Below are positions 55,452 through 64,000 of a DNA stretch of 64,000 nucleotides, one piece after another; positions within the stretch are counted from its first letter, which is position 1; every line of letters starts with the position of its first letter. Origin of the DNA: the human T2T-CHM13v2.0 reference genome, Homo sapiens. The translations under genes and the position numbers were made by a program. The stretch lies in assembly GCF_009914755.1 (NCBI RefSeq), contig NC_060933.1; one strand, given 5' to 3'. Under the pieces are notes generated by a model. That model was given only the letters and a program-made list of their open reading frames with translations. It had not been told where the DNA came from and did not search any database.

Positions 55452-56367
55452 TCCTTTGCTAAGCAACTAACTGCATGATGCCATTTAATCTTCATGACTC
55501 AACATGGCAGATGAAGTTTTCCAACATATGACAAAACTGGCTAACTGCCATAGCCACAGTTGAAACCAGTGTCTGTGGATACAGTCAAATATCTTAAACA
55601 CTACCTGTACATATTGTGAAGAGACTACACAAATGTGATCAAGATGTTAAAAATTGGTTTGAATTACCTGGATAAATACTTTTTATTTCTCTTTAGCTTC
55701 TTTCTTAAAGACATGGTCTGAATTATGTCATAGTCATGGCATTGTTTTTTTGAGAGCCTTGGAAAAATTCAACCCCAAAATCAGGCTAATAGATATGAGG
55801 AATTGATACAGAATCTGTTTTTGCCGGTTTACTTTCTTATCTCTTAAGAATGATGTTTTACTTATGATACTGTCTTTGCAATTAAACTTCTGTATCATCA
55901 ACTCCCAACTCATATCACCTTTCATTTTCTTTGGGTTTTGAGTACATATTTCTTATGTTGGGTGGTTCTCAGAGAATTACTAGCAAGAAATAATGACATT
56001 TAGAGTTTTGAGTTTGTTTCTCTTAGAGGAGATGGGTGAATATAGGGATAACTTTGGATTTAAACTTTTTTCCTTTAGATTGCCTTTAAAAATTAACAAG
56101 ATAAACACATTCTATTCCATGTTCTGAAATGCGATGTGATTTTTAGGAAGGCTAAAAAAAGGAAAAAATAAAGATATGGATATATGAGGATAAAATAAAG
56201 TAGTGAGAATACTGGGTTGGCCTACTGCTTAACTTCAAAGATGCTCTCTATTTATATATATGTTATATGGCACATATAATTAGGGAGGATCTTTATATAT
56301 ACACACACATATATGAGAGAGAGACATATAGATATACATATCTCTATGTATATTTATATCTATAGAA

Positions 56368-56369
<2 letters not shown>

Positions 56370-56407
<38 letters not shown>
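56370..56407. repeat. (TG)n microsatellite
   Basis: about 18-19 perfect TG units. Confidence 0.95.
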
Positions 56408-56413
<6 letters not shown>

Positions 56414-58651
56414 ATGTGTGCACGTAGTAGGAAGACAAAGGAGTTTGGGAGATTTGGGTTCGATACCTTACTTTATTACTGTGGGCCACCCATGTGACAT
56501 AGAAAATATTATTTATCTTCTCTGGACCTCAGGTAAATCATGTGTAAAATAAGATTTGGACTAGTTGGTCTCTAACAGTTTTTCCTGACTTGAAAATCCA
56601 ACTACTTATTAGGAATCTCTCTTCAGATGGCATTGCACTAAGTGCCATACCAAATGAATTCAATAGTATTTCATTTAGAAATTCACAATTGTGGCTTCTG
56701 CTTCTTACTGCCTGATAACAACACTTTATAGTTATGTAATTTCTTCGTATTTATATAGGAACAAACTCATCGTTTCGCGATTGTTGCCAGACATTTTGAC
56801 TGATAACCCTATAGATAAAAAAGATTGAGCACACACTATCATTTATGCATGTTTCTTATTTATAAATTATATATTAATATACCGCATTATATATTATAAG
56901 CATGAGGTAAAATAATAGAGATAAGAAATTTCAATATTTTCTCACATCACAATATATGGACTTGTGCATCTCCATGGATACCATGGTTATTTGACATGTG
57001 ATTTTATTTATTCATGTTTTATCTAAAAGCTTATCTTCCATCAGGAGAGAACATCATTAATTCTCCAAATAAATAGTATTAAAATAGCCCTGTAACACTA
57101 TATCCGAACAACAGGCAAGATTTTATTTTAATTTGTGTTCCTTTCAAGTACCTTCCAAAAGATGGGTTTGTTCTCTTATGATTATCTCAAATGAACTATT
57201 TCAGGCTTTGCTGCTATTTGATTGTTATATCCCTCCAAAATTCAACAATGGCTTCTGCAGAGCCTATGTATCCTAAAACTACATAGCACATGTTGCAATT
57301 GAGATGGACTCACATAATTTTGATTGGAAAATTACTGGAAGCATTAACACACCTCTTGAGATCAATGAAACAGAAGGGCCTGAGAATAAGGGAAGATGCT
57401 GATGAAAGCAAGCATTGTAATTGGAAGAAGTCTTTAAGGGAAGGAAACTAGTAGAAGGTTGAAAGCTAACTTTACCTCATTTTCTTCTTCATTGTGTTTA
57501 TTTCTTTTACTATTTGTTATGTCTATAGTTCATTTTAGCACTTTTGACTCACAAGATCTCGTGATTTATTTATAAATATAAAAAGTGCAAAAGATGTAAA
57601 ACTGTACATACTGAAAGTGTGCTTCACACTCCTGTCTGTCAGCCACCCAGTTCTCCTTCCCTGACAGTGTGTGTTACTAGTTTCTTGTGTGTCTTTTCAG
57701 AGATGTTTGCTTATGTGCGTTTTTTTTCTCCAATGATTTTAGAGTTCACTGCATATCAGCCAATATGTAAAGAACTTCTTTATGCTTTTGTGTGGGTCTA
57801 TAGTATTCCATTTTATGAGCATACTATATGAGTGCCCTCATATCAGTGGGCACTAATGGACATTTAGACTGCTTCCACTCTCTTGCTACTATAGATAGTG
57901 TCACAATAAATAAGTTTGTGTATACATCATATCAAAAACATATGAGTATATCTTAGAATAGGACATATTCTAAAGATATGTATGGTAATTATAAGCGTGG
58001 TGGATAGTACCAAATTGTCCTCCATAGAAATCGTGCCAGTTTACCCTCTCACCAGCAAGTACAAGAAGACCTGTTTCTTCACACTGTTATTTAAAATTGA
58101 ATCATTGATCTTTGATCTCTGCCAATCTAATATATGAAAAATGGTTTCATTTTCCTTTTTTTATTATGAGTGAGCTTCTTAAGTATGTTTAGGGGCAACT
58201 CATATTTATTTTTCTGTGAACTGTCAACATATTTTATCCATTTTTCCATTAGATTGCCTTTTTCTCATTGACTTCTCAGGACTCTACATATTAGATGAGT
58301 TAATCTTTTGTCTGTGATGTAAGTAGGCATATTTTTCTCCCAATTTGATATTTGTCTTTTGACTTTGTTTTGCTTTTTACTATGCATATTTTATTAAACA
58401 TATACTTGAGTCGATCTTTCCTTTTATAGCTTCTAAGTTTCATGTCATGTTTAGAAAGGCCCTCCACCATCTATGGTTTCTCCAGTATTTCAGCCTTTTT
58501 TTAATGCTTAAAAATTTAATACATTTGAAATTTATCCTGTTATTATGTGTCGATAATAGAATCAGACTTTTCCCCTCAGAGGCTACCCAGTTGTCTCAGT
58601 ATTATTTATTAAGTAATCCACCTTTTTACTACCTATTTAAAATGCCACTTT

Positions 58652-58825
58652 TAGCCCATAGTTGCAGCTACCCGAGAGGCTGAGGTGGGAGGATCAGAGA
58701 GACTGTAGCGCACTATGATCATGCCTAGGAATAGCCACTGCACTCCAGCCTGGGCAACATAGTGAAATGCTGTCTCTATTAAAAAACTTAATTAAAAATC
58801 AATCAATAAATAACATTTTAAAAAA
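58652..58825 (+). mobile_element. FAM-type fossil Alu monomer
   Basis: ctgtagcgcactatgatcatgcctaggaatagccactgcactccagcctgggcaacatag (7SL-like 3' part), A-rich tail, flanked by ttaaaatgcc/ttaaatgct. Confidence 0.75.
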
Positions 58826-59489
58826 TTAAATGCTATTTTTCAAAAATACCATATATGTAAATATGTTTATATATATTTATGTATATATGTCTATATTATA
58901 TATGTATTTATCTATATATACATCCATATATATATATATTTACGTTTATCACTGGACTTCATATTCTATTCCATGATCTGCCTATTAGTTCTTATGCCAA
59001 TATCACATTAATTGCCAAATCTCTATAACGTGTTAATACTTGGAGACTGGTTTGCCCGTATCTTCTCTTCCAGACTTTTCTTGGCTATTTTTGCTTGTTT
59101 ATTTTTCCACATGCACTTTTGACTCAGCTTGATTATTATAACAAAAGATGATGACATCTTTATTAGGCTTATATTAAAATTGTAGGCTAATTTAGGAAGA
59201 AATGACATCTTTATGATGTGGGGTCATCTTATCCAAGGACATGGAATGCTTTTTCTTTCATTCATGTCTTTTGTATTCCTCTGTAGCATTTTAAAGTCTT
59301 TTCATAATGATCTCACACATTTTATTTCAGACATTTTATCTTTTGTGTCGTTACTGAAAGTAGGGATTTTTCCTTCTGCTGTATCTTCTGATTGATTGTA
59401 GTTTAACTATAAAAAGGCTCATGATTTCCAGAAATCCTAATATTGAATTATGCATGCATTCTGATGAACCTCTGAAATATGACTGATAG

Positions 59490-59492
<3 letters not shown>

Positions 59493-59522
<30 letters not shown>
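59493..59522. repeat. (TG)15 microsatellite
   Basis: Perfect TG run. Confidence 0.95.
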
Positions 59523-59523
<1 letters not shown>

Positions 59524-59827
59524 ACAATCTGCTGATTTAGGTGATCACTATTATGTCTACTTCATAAAAAGAATTTGGAGATACTCCTTTTTCCTGGATT
59601 CTGGAACAGTTTAAACATTATCTGCTTTTTAAAAGTTTTGGCAGAATTTCCCTGTGAAATTGTCTAGTTCAGTCACTTTATTCTTTGTGGGGGCAAGCAG
59701 GTTATTTGAAGAGGTTCCTTTCTATTTTGGAAAGCTGTTTAAATTTTCTGTTAGCAGTTTGTTTTTACAAATTATACATCTCTGGAATATTATCAATTTC
59801 ATAGTAGTTTGCGAGTTTGTTTTTATT

Positions 59828-60122
59828 GGTCAGATACGATGGTTCACACCTGTCATATCAGCACTTTGGGAGGCTAAGGAGAGAGTATCCCTTGAAGCCA
59901 GGGGTTCAAGACCAGGCTGAGAAACACAGCAGGACCCCATTTCTATGAAAAAATGAAAAAATTAGCCGGGCATTGTGATGCATGCCTGTACTGCTAGCTA
60001 CTCAGGAGGTTGAGGTAGGAGGATTGCTTGAGCCCAGGAGTTTGAGGCTGCAGTGAGCTATGATTGTGCCACTGCATTTCAGCCTGAGTGACAGAGCAAT
60101 ACTCTGCCCACCCCCATAAAAT
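59828..60122 (+). mobile_element. AluJ-type SINE
   Basis: Diverged dimer with ggattgcttgagcccaggagtttgaggctgcagtgagctatgat; TSD agtttgtttttatt / agtttgtttgtatt. Confidence 0.88.
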
Positions 60123-60194
60123 AAGTTTGTTTGTATTAAGTAGAAAAGACACTACCCAGCAATTCTTTTAATCTATTAATTTATTTAATCAGTG

Positions 60195-60610
60195 TGGAAT
60201 CTGTAAATGTTAGCTTATATGGAAATGGATCATTGCAGATGTGATTAAGGATCTGGAGATGGGTTGGTTGTGATGGATTTTCTGGTCAGGCCTAAATGCA
60301 GTCACAGGTATCCTTATAAGAGACACACAGAGAACAATTATACACAGAATACAGTGTGACCCCAGAAGCAGAGACTGGACTGAGGCAGCCACAAATCAAG
60401 GAATGCTGGCAGTCACCAGAAGCCGGAAGAACCAAGGAACAACATTTCCCAAGACCCTCCAGAGGGAACTTGACCCTGTTGACACCTTGATTTCAGCTCA
60501 GCAATTCTGATTTTGAACTCTGGCCTCCAGAATAGTGAGAGAACATACTTTGTTGTTTCAAGCCACCAAGTTTGTGGCAATTTGTTACAGTGGCTGCAGG
60601 AAACTAATAA
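60195..60610 (+). mobile_element. MLT1B/C-type MaLR LTR
   Basis: ttgcagatgtgattaaggatct...caaggaatgctggcag..accagaagc...ctctggcctccagaa...aagccaccaagtttgtggcaatttgttacag...ggaaactaata. Confidence 0.8.
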
Positions 60611-61012
60611 TAAATGCACTTGATTAAACTATTGTCTCAAGACTGCACTCAGAAACCTAGGCTCAGACAGCAAAGTATATCTAACTGTTTGGGACAGCAT
60701 TTTCTTTCTTTACGGATTCTGTGTTCCTCTACTGTTTTCTGACATTGAACATTGCTGTGGAGAATTCTGAGGCCAGGCCAATTTATTTTCTGATGTAAGT
60801 GAATAGATCTTTTTGCCTGAATGCCCAAATGATTTTCTTTTCCTTCCCTCACTTTTGTTTTTTCCTTCCTTCCTTCCTTAAATTGTCCAGTAAAATCTTT
60901 GCTGACTATTCTAGTTCAGTTTTCCCAGGCATAAGCAATACCCTTTCTATATAAATAGATTCTTATCACTTATTTCAGGAATGTTTATCTGAATTATATC
61001 TTCTTAAAAACA

Positions 61013-62697
61013 CAATTATTTTATTACTTTCTTATAACCAAATACAGCTAACTCGCATTACTTCTACTCATTCATCATTACAAAGGACAATTTATTGAAT
61101 AATTTTAAACAATGCACTATATGACAAACAATAAAGTTAAATTTACAAAGCATCCTGATTAATTATGTAGACTGATCATTAAAAAAGAGCAGAATTAATC
61201 ATTTGTTTCTTTCCTTATAAAATAGAAGTTGAAAGGGTTCTGTTAGTCTTAATATCATCTTTATATTAAACTAGTGCAAAGTGTGGTACATATAATTTCA
61301 TCTGGAAAGGTATGTAACTTATACATCTCATATAAATTAAGAAAATTTGCATAATAAAATGAATACAGAGAGCCTTAGGCTTGCATATTAAAATTTGATG
61401 TTGAGCTATCTTTTATGACATTATAGATTAATTATTACATAAAACATATTTTATAAATTTATAACCCTGAGTAAAGAAAAATAATTGCTTCTTGAAAAGG
61501 TATTTCCGTAGTCATTTGTTTTATAATAGGATAAGCTGAATTTCTGAGTTTAATGTCTAGCAAATCTGAACACCTTAGCTTGAGTCAATGAATTGGTTAT
61601 GCCTCATATTTCACAGTGACTGTTTCCTGAAGTCATGAATCTGCCATTTCTCCTGAAATACTGACAGATGATGCACTTCTTGGAGTATTCCTGTCATGGT
61701 AGTTTTCCATGTGCTGTTGTTGTGTATGAACTATATTATCTCTCCTCCCTTCCTCTTGTATGCCCTTCCATTTTACTTAATTAGAGGTCCTTTCCAAATA
61801 TGCTCAAGAAGAATATTCCTTTAAGAATTTCTCTAAGCAGGGAAGTTTTGAGATGGAAAATTAAAGAGAAAACTGGGTATTAGAGTTCCTTGGCTTTGCC
61901 TATAGTTGTTGCAAACCTCTGCTGTTAATGAGGTTGTTGAAGTTTCTAAATGTGGTGACGAGATCTATAACTCTGATGTTTTTCTACAAATTCAGTATCT
62001 ACCTATGGCTCCTTTTTTATTGGATCTTTTTTGAAGACTGGCCTTTTAAGTCTTTGGTTGTTTATTTTTTTTTCCATACTCTTTCATTCTTAGCCTCAAG
62101 GAGCTCCATATGCCTCCTTAGATAAACACTTTTTATTGTGTGTGCATTTATAAGTGTTTTGCCACCTTTTGGAGCTTTGCTTCTAATACATGTTTCTCCT
62201 AGCTTATTCTGTTGCTGATGCAAAAAAAAAATAGGTCACTCTAAAAGACCTCCCTAAATTTCTGCAGGTGTCTCTGTCGTGGGCCTCCATTTCTAAAGAA
62301 GAAAGAGATTGCAGATGAGGAGCTACATTTTTGTCCATATTCTGCTAGATTTTCATACGTTCACAAGGTTTTGTCTTTTCTCTTTCCAGAATGAGCAGTA
62401 GCTGTTTTATGTGATGGTCTCCTTGTAATTCCAGTGATAAACATGTCTGTCCAGACCCTGTCAGCTCATAGGTTCAGAAAAGTATGTCTCCCTTGGGAAT
62501 CCTCATTACTTCCATAGACTTTGGGGTGAGCGGTGGCCTGAGAGTGGTAGGTTGTAGCATTGGTACAGGAAAAGGGAGTAACAAGGGAGCGTGGCATGCC
62601 ATAGCCCCTGTCCCCTGCACTCAGAGCCTGGCATGGGCCCAGGGGCATAACAGTCACATCACTTCTTCCTGTACTGTCGCCAACCTGGGCATGCACT
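61013..62697 (-). pseudogene. Probable old processed pseudogene inserted into L1ME; parent unidentified
   Basis: Interrupts L1; GC-rich right end grading to AT-rich left end; AATAAA on minus at ~61020; weak TSD-like cttaaaaacac / ctttaaacat. Confidence 0.45.
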
Positions 62698-63649
62698 TTA
62701 AACATTCGTTATATGTTTTTTTTCTTTAAGGATTCCAATTATGTACACTGTTATATCTTCTTTCATTTTCTCACTAATTCATTTCATTTACTTTCTTTTT
62801 GCTTCTTAATATGCTTGTACAAGTGTCTGTTTTCCTTCATATTTCTCCATTTTTGCCCTTATAACTGAGATGGCTTAATTTTTTTCTTCCACTGTGTTTA
62901 TTGAGCTCTGACAACTCATATTTTACTGTCTCCTGCTGTCTAATCATCTCATTCTGAGTTCTTTTGTTTGTGCTTTGAGTTCTTGCTTCATAAACCTGAT
63001 TGCTTCCTTGCGTTTTTAAAATTCAGGGAGAAATGTTTGGTCATGATGTTTATATGCTCCATGACAATATTTTTCTGGATGTTATTATGAATCTACCATT
63101 TGTGTTTCTTATTTCTTTCATTCTTTCCCTTTTTTTTTCTTAGTATACCTTTGAATATCCTGTGTTGGTTCCTTTTAAAATTAAGCATCTTTGAAAGGTT
63201 GAGATTTCCCAGCTATAAAAGAAGATTTATATCAGGAAAGAGACAGAACCAAGTTTCAAGCAGGCTGAGATTTTCCCTGTAGTTCAGGGAGTGGTGTGTG
63301 AGTTCATATAGCCCTCTTTTCTCCTCAGTGAGTGATAATAGGCAGCTTTGGGATTTTATAACTCAGCCTTTTTTCTTCTACACTGCTGCAGAAACCATGT
63401 GCTTCCTGGGTACATGCCTTCTTTTTGGCTGGTGGGTTTCCTTGTGGAACTCTACCTTCTTTTCTTCATGGAACAAAACTGTGTCTATGGAACTAAGGAC
63501 TTAATGTTTTGCATCTCAAAGTGTGCCCTTCACCTTCAAGAATTATGCTTTGCTGACTCTTTCTGATATTTGCAGCTGAAATGCCCTTGCTCTGCTGTCT
63601 CTTCTCTCCAACACACCCTCATGTGATCACCACTGCCATAGTGATTGCA

Positions 63650-63831
63650 GGTGTTCAGATTGCAATGAAGCCTCCTCAGCCTTGGTCCCTGGTAATTAGA
63701 ATGAGCAGATACTCCTCATTACCTGCTTTGATATGTAGGGTGAGAGAGAAATAAACTTTTGTTGTATTAAGTTCCTGGGATTTAAAGTTATTTGTTACTA
63801 TAGCATAACCTAGCTTATTTTGACTGATACA
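63650..63831 (+). mobile_element. MLT1 LTR 3' fragment
   Basis: gagagaaataaactttt...tttgttactatagcataacctagcttattttgactgataca. Confidence 0.65.
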
Positions 63832-64000
63832 GTTGGTTCACAACTGAGGTTACTACCCTTGAGGGCATTTGGAAATAGAAGGAAGCATTTTTGGTTATCA
63901 CAACAGAGCATCCAGCAGCCAGGATACTAAGTCTTTGGTAATGCTACAACAGTTCTACTCAATAAAGATTTCTTTGCCTGAAATGCCAATAGTACCCCTC
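63830..64000 (+). mobile_element. MER20-like hAT element (runs off window)
   Basis: gggcatttggaaat...catttttggttatcacaac...gccaggatactaa...aaatgccaatagt. Confidence 0.6.

Larger units (their letters stand above)
57520..63200 (-). mobile_element. Very old LINE-1 (L1ME-type) fragments with several later insertions
   Basis: Minus ORF 59023-59208 MSFLPKLAYNFN..WKNKQAKIAKKSL (L1 ORF2 C-region); L1M-like blocks at 57.7-58.6, 59.0-59.8, 60.6-61.0, 62.7-63.2 kb. Confidence 0.65.

Overview
Primate (human-like) euchromatic DNA, mostly interspersed repeats, with one recognisable protein-coding gene: the two-exon DMAC1 (TMEM261/C9orf123, complex I distal membrane-arm assembly factor) on the minus strand at ~49.1-52.45 kb, with a CpG-island promoter. 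If human, this is 9p24.1 (recalled, not checked). Other large features are a decayed two-LTR HERV-S/HERVL18 (LTR18) provirus at 38.1-44.6 kb (minus; gag-pro-pol-env remnants), two Tigger1 transposons, L1PA/L1M/L2/L3 LINE fragments, Alus, MER75, MADE1, MER2, Tigger2a and several solo LTRs. Almost all ORF-track entries are repeat-derived noise. I found no evidence of a new multi-gene system. The most unusual signal is a set of locally templated insertions visible directly in the sequence. One is a 169-bp inverted copy placed inside Tigger1, whose donor was later split by an L1PA. Another is a host-flank plus inverted-gag composite inside the provirus. There is also a fold-back insertion in the 5' LTR and a 26-bp exact direct repeat 1.17 kb apart. 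Two unidentified retrocopy-like segments and a DMAC1 GC-donor isoform question are also flagged. Repeat family names come from remembered consensus sequences and need RepeatMasker/Dfam confirmation.
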